Part shown: positions 49,648-60,778 of the stretch, one piece after another | How the letters are laid out: each line of letters begins with the position of its first letter | How positions within the stretch are numbered: position 1 is the first letter of the stretch | Notes under the pieces: generated by a model | Seen by the model: only the letters and a program-made list of their open reading frames with translations | What the model was told of the DNA's origin: nothing | The model's database searches: none | NCBI GenBank assembly: GCA_019057865.1 | Contig: JAHLWP010000001.1 | Coordinates: forward strand, 64,001 to 128,000 | Direction: 5' to 3' | DNA: 64,000 nucleotides | From: Promethearchaeota archaeon | Lineage (GTDB): Archaea; Asgardarchaeota; Lokiarchaeia; Sigyniarchaeales; SOKP01 | Position numbers and translations under genes: made by a program

Positions 49648-49746
49648 GATTCGGCACTTAAGGAATTTAATTATAAAAAGAGGAAAAATAATTTAAAATA
49701 AGAGGTAATGTAATATAATTAGTAGAAAAAACTTTTTATTATTAAC

Positions 49747-50598
49747 ATGCTGGAATCTTTCAAGGAAATTGAAGTAGTTTGTCCAACATGTGGAGAAACT
49801 AAGAGTATTAACATACCAGAATCATTATTCTCCCAAAAAAAGTTTGGTACAATTAAAATACAAGTACCCGTTAATGCTGTATGCCCAAAACACCAATTTA
49901 TAGTATTTCTAGATACTAAAGGTATGGTGAGGGGTTATGAGAAAATAGATATCGCAATGTTAGTGACTCCTGCTGAAACTAAAAAGGAAGCAGCAGGAAT
50001 ATTAACCCTTCGAAAATTAATCCAGCTTTTTGGAACATATGGAATTCTTAGTTTGATGCATGCTAAAATTTTTAATTATCCGTCATATATCATAAAAGAT
50101 GAGGCTTTTGAACCCACTGAAGAACTATTGAATTTAATTAGTAATAGAATATTACCAGAAAAATACAGAGGACATAATAGCATTTATTTGCTAGAAGAAA
50201 GTAATTATAGCAAAATAAAACTTAAAGAAAAAAAAGCTCTTTTAATAGATTCTCTCACAAAAAACATCTTACAGACTCCATGGAAAGAAAAATTAAAATT
50301 TGAAGAAGAAATCGTAAAAAGAGCGTTAGAAATCATAAATGAAGAAGATCAATTACTCCTTCTACAACAGAGAATTGCTATATTTATAAAAGAAGCTGAA
50401 CAGGCTAAAGATATTCTTGAAAATGTTAATGAGATTTATGAGGAGGACCTAATTGAACAAGTTTCTAGAGAAGTTTTAATGCCAAGAATGAATCAAAATC
50501 GATTAATTTTAATTAAAGAATTTATTAAGCATAACTTTTCTCAAAAATTGGTATCAAGAATAAAAAGTAGAGTTGACGAATTTTTGTCTTCTCTTTAA
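49747..50598 (+). CDS. Hypothetical protein with N-terminal zinc ribbon
   Basis: CPTCG...CPKH, then a helical region. Confidence 0.7.
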   Translation: MLESFKEIEVVCPTCGETKSINIPESLFSQKKFGTIKIQVPVNAVCPKHQFIVFLDTKGMVRGYEKIDIAMLVTPAETKKEAAGILTLRKLIQLFGTYGILSLMHAKIFNYPSYIIKDEAFEPTEELLNLISNRILPEKYRGHNSIYLLEESNYSKIKLKEKKALLIDSLTKNILQTPWKEKLKFEEEIVKRALEIINEEDQLLLLQQRIAIFIKEAEQAKDILENVNEIYEEDLIEQVSREVLMPRMNQNRLILIKEFIKHNFSQKLVSRIKSRVDEFLSSL

Positions 50599-50700
50599 TT
50601 CTTCAAACACTCTTTCTAAGAATTATTTTTATATCGAAAAAGTAAAATAAAGATCATTAATTAATAAAATTAATTTGAAACCTAAAGAAAAGCATAAAAA

Positions 50701-51492
50701 GTGAATAAAATGGATTGGGGAATGCAAAACAGATTATCAAGAATAATAAAACCGAAAAGTGGACACTGTGTAATGTTAGCGGTGGATCATGGATATTTTG
50801 GGAATGTACCAGGATCATTAAAATGTTTTGGTGATTTAGATCCCTTATTTCAATATGCAGATGCTCTAATGCTTACTCGTGGTATGTTAAGAAGCTGTGT
50901 TTCACCAAATTTTGATATTCCTATTGTTTTACGAGTTTCAGCAGGAGCAAGCATGTTAAAAGAGCTCTCCAATGAAGATATTAATGTAACAATTGAAGAT
51001 GCTATTAGATTAAATGTATCAGCCATAACTTGCTCGATTTTTGTCGGTGGAGAATTTGAAAAGCAAACTATCATGAATTTATCTAAACTTGTTAATTGGG
51101 GTCAAGAATTTGGGATACCCGTATTAGCAGTTACTGCAGTAGGACGAGAGATGGTTAGAGATGCACGCTATTTAGGAATGGCAAGTAGATTAGCCGCTGA
51201 AATGGGAGCTACCTTTGTAAAAACATATTATTGTGAAAATTTTGAGGAAGTAACTAGTATTTGTCCTGTTCCAGTAGTAATTGCAGGAGGTAAAAAAATA
51301 CCAGAAAGAGATGCTTTACAAATGGCTAAAAACTCAATTGACGCAGGAGCCGTTGGAGTAGATATGGGGAGGAATATCTTTCAATCTGATAAACCTATTG
51401 GAATGATCCAGGCTGTTCGTGCAATTGTTCATGAGAATGCTTCTGTTGATGAGGCATTTGAAATCTATAAAAATGGTCCAGTTGGTTTATAA
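50701..51492 (+). CDS. lsrF: LsrF-like thiolase / DhnA-type class I aldolase
   Basis: MDWGMQNRLSRI, MLAVDHGYF, VKTYY, IAGGKK, DMGRNIFQ. Confidence 0.82.
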   Translation: MNKMDWGMQNRLSRIIKPKSGHCVMLAVDHGYFGNVPGSLKCFGDLDPLFQYADALMLTRGMLRSCVSPNFDIPIVLRVSAGASMLKELSNEDINVTIEDAIRLNVSAITCSIFVGGEFEKQTIMNLSKLVNWGQEFGIPVLAVTAVGREMVRDARYLGMASRLAAEMGATFVKTYYCENFEEVTSICPVPVVIAGGKKIPERDALQMAKNSIDAGAVGVDMGRNIFQSDKPIGMIQAVRAIVHENASVDEAFEIYKNGPVGL

Positions 51493-51641
51493 ATTTTTAT
51501 TTTCTTTTTTACTCTTAAGGATTAAATATATATAATGAGTTATTTCTCGAAGTTTTATAAAAATTAAAAAAAAAAAATAAAATTCATATCTAATATATTC
51601 AAAATCATTCTGAAAAATTTCTTAATAAGGGTGAGATTAAA

Positions 51642-52718
51642 ATGTTGACTATTTTAGGGTGGCTAAATGGTTTCACTGCATTTTGTGTTGTTTTCTGTGG
51701 TTGTCTATTCGGAATTTTTTTTATTTATAAAGGAATTAAAATAAAAGCGAAACTGCTTTCTTATGCAGGTTTAATGATAATTTTGACAGGATTATTATAT
51801 TTGGGTCCCTGCGTAGATTATTTTACAATTCTATCTATAAATCACAATTTGGATAATTCGTATGGATTATATGGAATATTAAGTTATATTTGGATAACTC
51901 CTGGAATTGTTGTTATGATGTATATTGGTTTTGAACTTGTTTTACCTAAGATTAGAAATATAGTGATAATTATATATTCATTTTTAGGGCTTATTTTTCT
52001 ATACCATATTCTTTTTAATACGATGGATACATTTGATTTTAAATATCCTGGAAATTCTGGAAGTGATATTATTGATTCTAATTTTGCTCAAGGATCCATA
52101 GCTTACATTTTAATAATATCTTTTGTAATTTCCATCATTGGTTTTAATGTTATAGGATCCTTAATTCGGAGTTTCCAATCATCTGGAATAATACAAAGAA
52201 AATTTATATATTTGTCGCTTGGATTTTTAATATTTGCGATTATGGGAACATTTGATACTCTCTTTTCTCCTGGTTTTGTATTATTTATTGTTCGAATTAT
52301 AATGTTAAGTAGCTGGTGGTTTTATTTTTTTGGTTTAAAAGAAGCTCCAACTAAAAAAGAAAGAAGACTTCATGAAAGAATAAAAAATTTAGAAAAAATT
52401 GAATTTTCATTATTAGAAATGCTTTTAAAAGATAATCCTCCAGAAATTGTGAAAGAACAGATTGTATATCATATTGAAAATAGAATTTGTCTAATCTGTA
52501 AAAGTAATGTTGGTGGATTTAATACTTATCTTTGTGTTAAATGTGGTGTTTTATATTGTATAAAATGTGCTCGTGCTTTATCTGAATTAGAAAATTTATG
52601 TTGGGTTTGTAAAAATCCAATTGATATATCTAAACCAACACGAAAAATAGCTATTGAAGAGATTGAAGCACTGGAAAAATCACTAATACAAAAAAGAAAA
52701 TCAAAAATTAAAAGATGA
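51642..52718 (+). CDS. 7-TM membrane protein with a C-terminal 8-Cys RING-like zinc finger
   Basis: Seven hydrophobic helices; CLIC...CVKCGVLYCIKC...CWVC. Confidence 0.75.
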   Translation: MLTILGWLNGFTAFCVVFCGCLFGIFFIYKGIKIKAKLLSYAGLMIILTGLLYLGPCVDYFTILSINHNLDNSYGLYGILSYIWITPGIVVMMYIGFELVLPKIRNIVIIIYSFLGLIFLYHILFNTMDTFDFKYPGNSGSDIIDSNFAQGSIAYILIISFVISIIGFNVIGSLIRSFQSSGIIQRKFIYLSLGFLIFAIMGTFDTLFSPGFVLFIVRIIMLSSWWFYFFGLKEAPTKKERRLHERIKNLEKIEFSLLEMLLKDNPPEIVKEQIVYHIENRICLICKSNVGGFNTYLCVKCGVLYCIKCARALSELENLCWVCKNPIDISKPTRKIAIEEIEALEKSLIQKRKSKIKR

Positions 52719-52856
52719 AAACAAAAATACAATTATTAGAATTATACTTCCTTTTATTTTACAATTTATTATTAAGTTAATTAAATAAGAATAAATTGAT
52801 AAAATTATAATTTTCATTTTCTTTTTTTATTCTTACAAGATTAGAAAAGAAACTTC

Positions 52857-53825
52857 ATGGTTATGAGTGCCCCGCTAATTAATAATCTGGAAATTAAAAA
52901 TGTAACCAATGATATTTTACTAGTTCATCAGATAAAAGCAAAAGGCAATTTTTCCACTTGTGATGGTTTGATTATTCTACCAAAGGGTGGTAGAAATTCT
53001 AAAACAATAGTTCTCGATGTTAATATTGAACCTAAATATATAAACGAACTAAATAATATTTATGGTCCTATTTCAAATTATGTTTGTACTCATGGACACA
53101 TAGATCATTCCTCTCATGTTTATGAATGGGAACAACTTGGAGCTATTGTGTATGCTCCAAATCCTGAAGCATCATTTTTATTAGATCTTCATAATTTTTT
53201 TGAAGGTTTTGGATTTAATGAAGCAATGGATTATTCAGATGTAGAGAAATTTGGTGAATTAAATGGTTTTCATGAATGTAATAATGTAAATCCTTTTGAA
53301 CCAGGGGATTCATTAAAATTTGAAAATTTTATTATTGAGACAATCTCATTTCCATGTCATTCAAAAGCACATGTAGGGTTATTTTTACCCAATGAAAAAA
53401 TATTACATGTAAGTTGCCTAGGATTTGATCAACCAAAACCGGATGTAGATGGTTTTGGACCTTGGTATGGTTTTAAGGAATGCTCTATTGAACAATACCT
53501 GAGTGATATTAATTATGCGGAAGAACTCTACATTAAAAAAGTAGAATTTTTAACTTCTAGCCATTCTTATATTGCTAAGAATCCAGATAGAAGTCCATTT
53601 AATTATATGAGAAAAAAGATTAATGATAATCAGAATAAAGTTGATGAGGCTCTAAAATCTTTGGATTTTCAATTGAATTTTGAAGAAAAACTCAAAAAGA
53701 TGCTAGAGTTAGATATTTTCTTTCCAAAAAAGAAAATGGAAGGTTTTTTATTAAACATTTATACCTTATGGGAATCTTGGATAATAAGAAAACATCTTGA
53801 AAGAAGCAAAATTATAAATAAATAA
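52857..53825 (+). CDS. Metallo-beta-lactamase-fold hydrolase
   Basis: THGHIDHSSH, CHSKAH, SSH. Confidence 0.82.
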   Translation: MVMSAPLINNLEIKNVTNDILLVHQIKAKGNFSTCDGLIILPKGGRNSKTIVLDVNIEPKYINELNNIYGPISNYVCTHGHIDHSSHVYEWEQLGAIVYAPNPEASFLLDLHNFFEGFGFNEAMDYSDVEKFGELNGFHECNNVNPFEPGDSLKFENFIIETISFPCHSKAHVGLFLPNEKILHVSCLGFDQPKPDVDGFGPWYGFKECSIEQYLSDINYAEELYIKKVEFLTSSHSYIAKNPDRSPFNYMRKKINDNQNKVDEALKSLDFQLNFEEKLKKMLELDIFFPKKKMEGFLLNIYTLWESWIIRKHLERSKIINK

Positions 53826-53835
53826 TTTTTTCTGT

Positions 53836-54885
53836 TTAGTTATTATCTAGTTCTAAAATCACCTTTAAAGATTCGCCAGCTTCACATACTACTTTAAATG
53901 CTTCTCCAACTTTGCTTAGTGGGAATCGATGTGTGATAATATCAATGACATTAATTTTTTTTGAAAGTATCCAATTATATGCTTCATCGAGGTCTTCAGG
54001 TGCAGCACCATAGGAGGTCATAATTGTTATTTCATTTCTCCAGTATTCATTTATTGGAACTTCAAGCTTTATTCTTGGTTTTGGAACCGCAAAGAAAATG
54101 ATTTTACTTCCTGGAGCTGCGCATTCTAAAGCTTGTTTTGCCGCCGATAAAGCACCAGCACAAACAATTACTATATCCGCTAACCTACCTTCATTAACTC
54201 TTTTTAATTCAGTTGCGATATCCTCTTTTGCATGAAATACAACATCTGCTCCAAACTTTTTCGCCATCTGTAATCTGAATTCATTTATATCAGTTGCAAT
54301 TATTTTTTTTGCACCTCTTAATTTTGCCAATTGAATATGTAATATACCAGATACACCACTTCCCAATATCAGAACAGTAAAACCTTTTTTAACATTAGCT
54401 AATCTTTGAGCACGACACACACATCCAAGAGGTTCAATAAATACAGCTTCTTCATATGACACGCTTTTATCTAAAATATACACGCCTTTTTTTTCTATGT
54501 TAACTTTTGGGACTCGAACATATTCTGCAAAGCCGCCAGGATCAAAATTTGTGTTATGTAGTAAATCACAAGCAGTATGATGTCCTTGTTTACAATAATG
54601 ACATTCAAAGCATGGGACATGATGAGACACAAAAACACGATCTCCCACTTTAAGGTGTTTTATAGTATTGCTTATCTCAACAATATCTCCTGCAATTTCA
54701 TGACCCAATACCAAAGAATTTACACTTAATTTTTTCATTTTAGCAAAGCGATAATATTCGAGGATATCAGAACCACAAATTCCAGACTTTTTCACCTTAA
54801 CTAAGAATTCTCCTGTTCCAATAATTGGTTTTAACATTTCATCTACTCGAACATCATCATTGCTATAATATCTTGCGATCTTCAT
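53836..54885 (-). CDS. Zinc-dependent (sorbitol/threonine-type) dehydrogenase
   Basis: GICGSD, GHE, CFECHYCKQGHHTAC, EPLGC, GSGVSG. Confidence 0.92.
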   Translation of the reverse strand: MKIARYYSNDDVRVDEMLKPIIGTGEFLVKVKKSGICGSDILEYYRFAKMKKLSVNSLVLGHEIAGDIVEISNTIKHLKVGDRVFVSHHVPCFECHYCKQGHHTACDLLHNTNFDPGGFAEYVRVPKVNIEKKGVYILDKSVSYEEAVFIEPLGCVCRAQRLANVKKGFTVLILGSGVSGILHIQLAKLRGAKKIIATDINEFRLQMAKKFGADVVFHAKEDIATELKRVNEGRLADIVIVCAGALSAAKQALECAAPGSKIIFFAVPKPRIKLEVPINEYWRNEITIMTSYGAAPEDLDEAYNWILSKKINVIDIITHRFPLSKVGEAFKVVCEAGESLKVILELDNN

Positions 54886-54904
54886 TTTTTACTCATAAAA
54901 TTCT

Positions 54905-55843
54905 TTATTTTAATGATAAAATCTTATTCAAATCTTCTTTTTTTAACTTTAATAGCTCTACTTCAGGCAATCTTTCTGTGAGTAACCGCCAATTATTATC
55001 TTTCTTAAATACGTCTTTAAATATTTGTAATGCAGCATCAAGTTTTTGACTATTAGCCAAAGATACTGCAGTCCAATATTTCATTTCAAGATTGTCTGGA
55101 AACATTTGCATGGCAGTTTTATATTCTTTAAGAGCTTCATTAACATCACCTTTATCAAATGCTTGGTCTCCATAATCCATATGCTCATAAGCTCTATATA
55201 ATTTTAACAATCTGCTAAGCTCCTCTAATGGTTCTTTATGATCTTCTACCCTGAGATCGATAAGGGGATCTTCCCATTTATCTTCTATTAGCTCACCTCT
55301 GACTATCAATAGAGCAGCAGATTGCATTCCCCTAATATCACCACCAACTGACTCTGCTGCTTCTAAAGTTTTGATTATACGCTCAGGTAGAGGGAGATCC
55401 TTATTACTTTCATAAGTTTCTGCCATTTTAGGCCAGACCTTATCTGATAACATCAAATTTGCCTGAACTGAAAAATTATCTCCTTTTATATGACCTGCAT
55501 GTTTTATACACTTTGAACCCGTATGAGTTGCAACACTATCTTGAACATTTAAAATAGCAACTTGCCTTACATCCTTATCATCATCATCAGAAAGCAAAAT
55601 GCTTAATGTTTCTTCTGGAGATTTTCCCTGTTTTAATAATTCAAGACCTCGTAGCCCAAAAGATTTGTTCAAAAAAGATTGTGTTGCTACAACTCCTACG
55701 CCTGATTCTCCCCATGCTACAACAGAAACATTGAAATAATGACTTTGTACTCCCACACCCATTTCTCTAGTTTCAGGATCTCTTGCCACAATAGAATAAG
55801 TATGAGCAATTGGATGGATTCTATTATATCTTGTATTTCTCAT
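54905..55843 (-). CDS. DUF1028 (Ntn-hydrolase-like) protein with C-terminal TPR
   Basis: HTYSIVARD, GVVATQ, GGDIRGMQSAAL, DLRVEDH. Confidence 0.88.
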   Translation of the reverse strand: MRNTRYNRIHPIAHTYSIVARDPETREMGVGVQSHYFNVSVVAWGESGVGVVATQSFLNKSFGLRGLELLKQGKSPEETLSILLSDDDDKDVRQVAILNVQDSVATHTGSKCIKHAGHIKGDNFSVQANLMLSDKVWPKMAETYESNKDLPLPERIIKTLEAAESVGGDIRGMQSAALLIVRGELIEDKWEDPLIDLRVEDHKEPLEELSRLLKLYRAYEHMDYGDQAFDKGDVNEALKEYKTAMQMFPDNLEMKYWTAVSLANSQKLDAALQIFKDVFKKDNNWRLLTERLPEVELLKLKKEDLNKILSLK

Positions 55844-55974
55844 AAACCTTTTTCCTAAAAATAGTGATTAGAATAGAATTTATTTATGAGTATTTATCTT
55901 TAGATAAATTTTTATCCATTTAATAAAAAAATTGAGATTTAAAAATAAAAAAAAACGAATAAAAATTGGATTCG

Positions 55975-56613
55975 TTATCTTGTTTTCCTACGGGTTAATA
56001 GTTTAAATGCTATATCTGTTCCCATCCCTTGTTTGTAAGCTAATTCAATCCAAAGCATAGCAAGAGGTTCTATAAGTCTAGCATTTATTAATGGTCCTGC
56101 ATCTATAACATCAAACCCAAGATCGATTCCTAATTGCTTCACTTTTGATTTTGCTTCTAAATTATCTCCACAAATAAATATATTTGCTTGTTGGGAGCCA
56201 AATTGTAATTTATTTAAACTTTCTACTCCAACAGTATGAACTGCCTTTATCACTTTAGCCCCTACTGCCCACTTTGCGATTTTTTCTGCTGCAGAGGTAG
56301 TAGGTCCTATTGATACACCTCCCAAATGGGGTGCTGCTGTAGTAGTAGAATCTACAAGAATCTTTCCATCTAAAACTCCTGCTGTCTTGATTGATTCTTT
56401 TGCTCCTGACCATGGAACGGCAAGAACGATAATATCAGCAAATTTTGCAGCTTCTTCATATGTTCCACCACTTGCACCACTTCCAATTGAATTGGCTAGC
56501 TTTTTTGCTTTCTGAGGATCGCGAGAACCAAACATAATCGTATGATCCTTTTCTGCCCACATTTTTCCTAGAGTACTCCCCAACCTTCCTGTCCCTATAA
56601 TTGCAATTTTCAT
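55975..56613 (-). CDS. NADPH-dependent F420 reductase (Fno-like)
   Basis: IIGTGRLG, GSRDP, LAVPW, ICGD, DAGPL. Confidence 0.82.
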   Translation of the reverse strand: MKIAIIGTGRLGSTLGKMWAEKDHTIMFGSRDPQKAKKLANSIGSGASGGTYEEAAKFADIIVLAVPWSGAKESIKTAGVLDGKILVDSTTTAAPHLGGVSIGPTTSAAEKIAKWAVGAKVIKAVHTVGVESLNKLQFGSQQANIFICGDNLEAKSKVKQLGIDLGFDVIDAGPLINARLIEPLAMLWIELAYKQGMGTDIAFKLLTRRKTR

Positions 56614-56743
56614 TAATTTTACCTTTGGATTAATTTTTGTTAGATGAATATAATTTCTGAACTGCTTTTTTTCTAATTGAAAATAAATCAGTTGACTATT
56701 TATATCTTGAGTTATGTATCAGATATATTAAAAATTAAGAGAT

Positions 56744-57328
56744 TTATTCAACTAAAGTATTGAGTATTTGAACCGCTCTTGAGAGATTGAAAATTCCACA
56801 AACACATGGTCTTGTTAATTTCTTTACTGCTTCTTTCACTGAAATTTTTCCATTTTTAATTAATTGAACATAGTACTCAACAGATTGGCTGGAGATACAA
56901 TGATGCCCACACATAGTTGTAATTTCTAAAATTTTTTCAGAAGGTAATAACTCTTTTTTCCCAAATGTACCTAAGGAAAGATGAACAGTATGTATGCTTA
57001 ATCCAACATCTTCAGTAGTTTTTTTAATATCAGAAAGTAATCCACTTATGACTATAGAAACTCCTAAATTTTCTTTTTTAAGAACTTTTAGAACTTTTTT
57101 CACTGATTTAATATTGGAGAATGTAGCAGTTATAATAGGAGAAATCCTCCAAAGCTTTTTTGGCATAATATTTATAGGGTTATGTTCATTTAGAATTTCA
57201 CCAATCCTTATTAATTTTTTACGTGAATCGGGATATTTATCATTTATCCCTGCTGCAAGCATAGCTAAAATAACATAATCTCTCTTAAGATCTTCTATAT
57301 TTCCTTTTCGATGTAAAGAGTGAGTCAT
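56744..57328 (-). CDS. Conserved hypothetical Cys-motif protein
   Basis: MTHSLHR, TTMCGH, PCVCGIFN; probably co-transcribed with the upstream ferredoxin-domain gene. Confidence 0.75.
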   Translation of the reverse strand: MTHSLHRKGNIEDLKRDYVILAMLAAGINDKYPDSRKKLIRIGEILNEHNPINIMPKKLWRISPIITATFSNIKSVKKVLKVLKKENLGVSIVISGLLSDIKKTTEDVGLSIHTVHLSLGTFGKKELLPSEKILEITTMCGHHCISSQSVEYYVQLIKNGKISVKEAVKKLTRPCVCGIFNLSRAVQILNTLVE

Positions 57329-57349
57329 TAACTTATATACCTCCCATGC

Positions 57350-58051
57350 TTAAGCTCTACCTAATCCCACATTGGCTTTAATATTTTTCCTAACCTTAAA
57401 ACCTTCTTCGGATAATAAATTTATAATTGGTATATCACCGTTTTCCATTATTCTAGTAATTATACCGACCGAAAATACAGTATCAATTTTCTTTTCAACT
57501 TCTCTTATAACGTTTAACACATCAGTGATTTTGCTATTATGAACCTTAAATTCAATTGTTGCCGAGAGAACTTTTTCATTTTTTATATCTTCTTTAATAT
57601 GTCCTTTATCATCAATTATAATTGCTGTAACAGGACTCTCTTTTTCATATTCTACTCCAATTTTTGATAGTTTTGTGGTGAATAATTCGATATTTCTGAG
57701 GTATGAGCCTACTCCAGGACGTCCTATTTCTATAGAGATTCCAATTTCACCGAGACTATAGCGATTAGTTACATCATTAGTTTTCATTTCTTCAGTCCCT
57801 CTCCCAGGTATTCCTGTTACTTTATGTGTAGTAATTACATTACTAAATGGACTACGTATAATACGAGGCCATTTTAGTCGTTTAGATCTTATTGCTTTGA
57901 CGGGACACTCAGCATCTCGATAACAAACAGCACATTCAACGCATTGATCTTGATTTATTACAGCTTTATTATCTATTAATTCTATAGCATGAACAGGACA
58001 AACAATAATACATTGTCCGCAACCTGTACAAACCTCTGTTTTTATCTCCAT
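57350..58051 (-). CDS. 4Fe-4S ferredoxin-domain protein with conserved C-terminal domain
   Basis: CTGCGQCIIVCP, CVECAVC...CP, GRGTEEMKTNDVT, EIGRPG. Confidence 0.8.
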   Translation of the reverse strand: MEIKTEVCTGCGQCIIVCPVHAIELIDNKAVINQDQCVECAVCYRDAECPVKAIRSKRLKWPRIIRSPFSNVITTHKVTGIPGRGTEEMKTNDVTNRYSLGEIGISIEIGRPGVGSYLRNIELFTTKLSKIGVEYEKESPVTAIIIDDKGHIKEDIKNEKVLSATIEFKVHNSKITDVLNVIREVEKKIDTVFSVGIITRIMENGDIPIINLLSEEGFKVRKNIKANVGLGRA

Positions 58052-58078
58052 AACTGTATCCTACAATAAGCCAATTTT

Positions 58079-59347
58079 TTAAGATTTCATAGATTTAATA
58101 TTTTCTATATCACGTGGAAGAAATTTTAAAATTGGAATTAGTAATAAAATACATGATAAAGCCATTATAGATAAAATAAAATATCCTGGACTATAATGAT
58201 TATTAAAAATTAAAAAGAATTGTCCAAGCAATAATAAACTTATACTTCGCCCAAATGTAATGGTTGCTAAGTAATTCAAAGAATAAATCGTTGATCTAAT
58301 TTGAGGAGGATTAATTTCTCCTAATGTTGCCTGAGTGAGAGGGTCAATTCCACCGAATAAGAATGCACCTACAAATGAAAGGGCTAAAAAAACAATAGCA
58401 ATCGATATTTCGTTTGATATAAAGTATAATGAATAGGCTATTATATAGAAAACGGATCCGCCTATGAGACAATATAAAACGATCTTTATCCTTCCATTTT
58501 TGTCTATTTCATATTTCTTATCTCCAAGTTTGCCAAATAATGGACCAGAAGGAACTTGACTTCCAAATACTAAAATCATGAAGAAGGTTGCTAATGTAGA
58601 GCTAAGATCATAATCTTTCTTAAGCATTGATATAAAGAATGAAGAAATTGCTCCAATAGATATGAACATGGCAAAATTAAATACCAATATCCAAAATGTT
58701 GTTTTAATTTTCCAAATTTGTTTGAAATCTTTTAATTTGACTTTATATCCTAATCCTAAAGCACTCTCATCAATTGTTTTATAAAGCTTATCCTTTGCTC
58801 CTCTTACTGGTTCTTTAACTAAAAATAATAAACCTGTGCATACAAAACCAAATATAGAAACAATTAATAGAGGCGTTTGCCATGTATAGTAATCAATCAA
58901 AAATCCTGAGAGCATTTGACCTAAACCATTGCCTAAAACATAAACAGCGCTTAAAACTCCAAATTTTTTACCCCGACTTTCAGCATCAACTAAATCAACA
59001 ATTAAAGAAAACACTAAAGGTAAAGCAGCACCAAATCCGATTGCTGCGATTATTTGAAATATTAATAATGAAAGAAAATCAGTTGATAATATTGTTAATA
59101 AGGTAAGAATTGACCATTCTAAGGTGCTTATAATAAGTAAATTCTTTCGTGAAAATTTATCCCCCAATAAAGCCCAAAAAAGTGAACTAATTGCCCCAAC
59201 CATTAAAAATATTGAATTTATAAAAACTACTTGGTTTTCCTCGAAATGTAGAGCACTTGAAATTTCTTCTGCCATTGGAGTTATAATGCTAAAAAGAGCA
59301 CTACTAAACAGCGTTAATAAAATTAAAATTTGAGTATTTTTCGGCAT
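58079..59347 (-). CDS. MFS transporter
   Basis: 12 TM, LGDKFSRK motif A. Confidence 0.9.
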   Translation of the reverse strand: MPKNTQILILLTLFSSALFSIITPMAEEISSALHFEENQVVFINSIFLMVGAISSLFWALLGDKFSRKNLLIISTLEWSILTLLTILSTDFLSLLIFQIIAAIGFGAALPLVFSLIVDLVDAESRGKKFGVLSAVYVLGNGLGQMLSGFLIDYYTWQTPLLIVSIFGFVCTGLLFLVKEPVRGAKDKLYKTIDESALGLGYKVKLKDFKQIWKIKTTFWILVFNFAMFISIGAISSFFISMLKKDYDLSSTLATFFMILVFGSQVPSGPLFGKLGDKKYEIDKNGRIKIVLYCLIGGSVFYIIAYSLYFISNEISIAIVFLALSFVGAFLFGGIDPLTQATLGEINPPQIRSTIYSLNYLATITFGRSISLLLLGQFFLIFNNHYSPGYFILSIMALSCILLLIPILKFLPRDIENIKSMKS

Positions 59348-59500
59348 TTTTATAAAATAACTTATTTATTAAATTGTAATTTTAATTATGTGATTTCTAT
59401 ATTTAATATTTTAATTAATTTAGATTGAAAACTTTATTTTCTTGAACAAAATAACCATAATTACTAAACAATGGTTATAAAAATAAATAAAAAAAGTAAT

Positions 59501-59713
59501 TTATGTTCTTTTATTTGATTTGCTTCTCATTAGCATTTTAAAGCTACTTTCATCGAGATCTTTATACATCTTCAACTCATTTGCTAAAAAATTATGGAGA
59601 GCAATTCTTATCGCTTCACTCCTCGAAGGATATACGCCAAGATCATTGAGAATCTGAATAGCATCAAGATATTTTTCTGGTAAATTTATAGTTATGATCT
59701 TCATTTCTAACAA
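59501..59713 (-). CDS. Ribbon-helix-helix (CopG-like) regulator
   Basis: IITINLP...YPSRSEAIRIAL. Confidence 0.85.
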   Translation of the reverse strand: MLEMKIITINLPEKYLDAIQILNDLGVYPSRSEAIRIALHNFLANELKMYKDLDESSFKMLMRSKSNKRT

Positions 59714-59955
59714 CCCTTAATATCAAATTAATAAAAAATTGGAATTATAAATAATTAGTTAATAATTAATTTTGTCGAATTATTTATAAATCAAGAGTAT
59801 TAATCCTTTAATGTATTAATTGTTTAATGGCTAACGAATATAATTATATCTTTCCTTTAATAAATGCTGTCAATTATTAACGTATTAATATTAGAAGCTT
59901 TTTAACTCTAATGTTAAAAAAAGATTAAAACAAGAAAAAAGTAACTTAAAATCGA

Positions 59956-60714
59956 TTAAGGTTCATTTAGCGATTTAACATGTAAGATTAATGAGAATGA
60001 GGATTTATACAACTCTGCATGACCAACTTCTTTAATATCCTGCAAATAATTTATTGTATAATCCTCTTCCCGTTTTAAATATGTTTTGTCTTTAGTTTTG
60101 TGATCCTTATCCAAGAATACATCGATTTTTAAAACTTTTTGATCCAAACGGCTTGGCATCTCCGGCATCAAATTAAAAGTAAAAATTAAGTCAGGATCAG
60201 AAATATTTTTTGCATCGATAACAAAAAGTAAGTTTGGCTCAGATACAGCAAGGAAACTCTCTAATGAATGAAATAAGTCATCAATTTTTATATTTATCTT
60301 ATTTTTTCTATCATCATTAAAAGCACTACAATCACTAATCTTAGGAAGGAGAAATTTTTCTTTACCGCGAAATGCAAGGCTAACCTCATTAGGATTCAAA
60401 TAATTCTTAATAATTGAATCATCTTTTTCCAAAATAAAATTATTTGAAATTGGATCAGTTTTAACATAAATTATTAATGACCCTGCTGAGATTAAATTAA
60501 TTTTTTGATAATAAATTTTAAAAATTGGATTGTAAGGTAAATTAATTATTTCTTTAGTACCACCAAGACCAATTTGGGCTAAAATATTTGATGGTACTTG
60601 GCTTGTTAATGTGAATAACAAAAAGGGTCTGAAATTTTCTAATTCTATGAAATTTGTAAAATCTTTTAAATACTCGCTTACTAAATTGATTTTATCTAAA
60701 AGTTCTTCACTCAT
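59956..60714 (-). CDS. Hypothetical protein
   Basis: 252-aa open frame with ATG start; no motif recognised. Confidence 0.7.
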   Translation of the reverse strand: MSEELLDKINLVSEYLKDFTNFIELENFRPFLLFTLTSQVPSNILAQIGLGGTKEIINLPYNPIFKIYYQKINLISAGSLIIYVKTDPISNNFILEKDDSIIKNYLNPNEVSLAFRGKEKFLLPKISDCSAFNDDRKNKINIKIDDLFHSLESFLAVSEPNLLFVIDAKNISDPDLIFTFNLMPEMPSRLDQKVLKIDVFLDKDHKTKDKTYLKREEDYTINYLQDIKEVGHAELYKSSFSLILHVKSLNEP

Positions 60715-60778
60715 ATTTACTCAATTGAAAAATCCATTTAAAGTTGATAAATCAAAGAATTAAGAATTACAATTAAAT

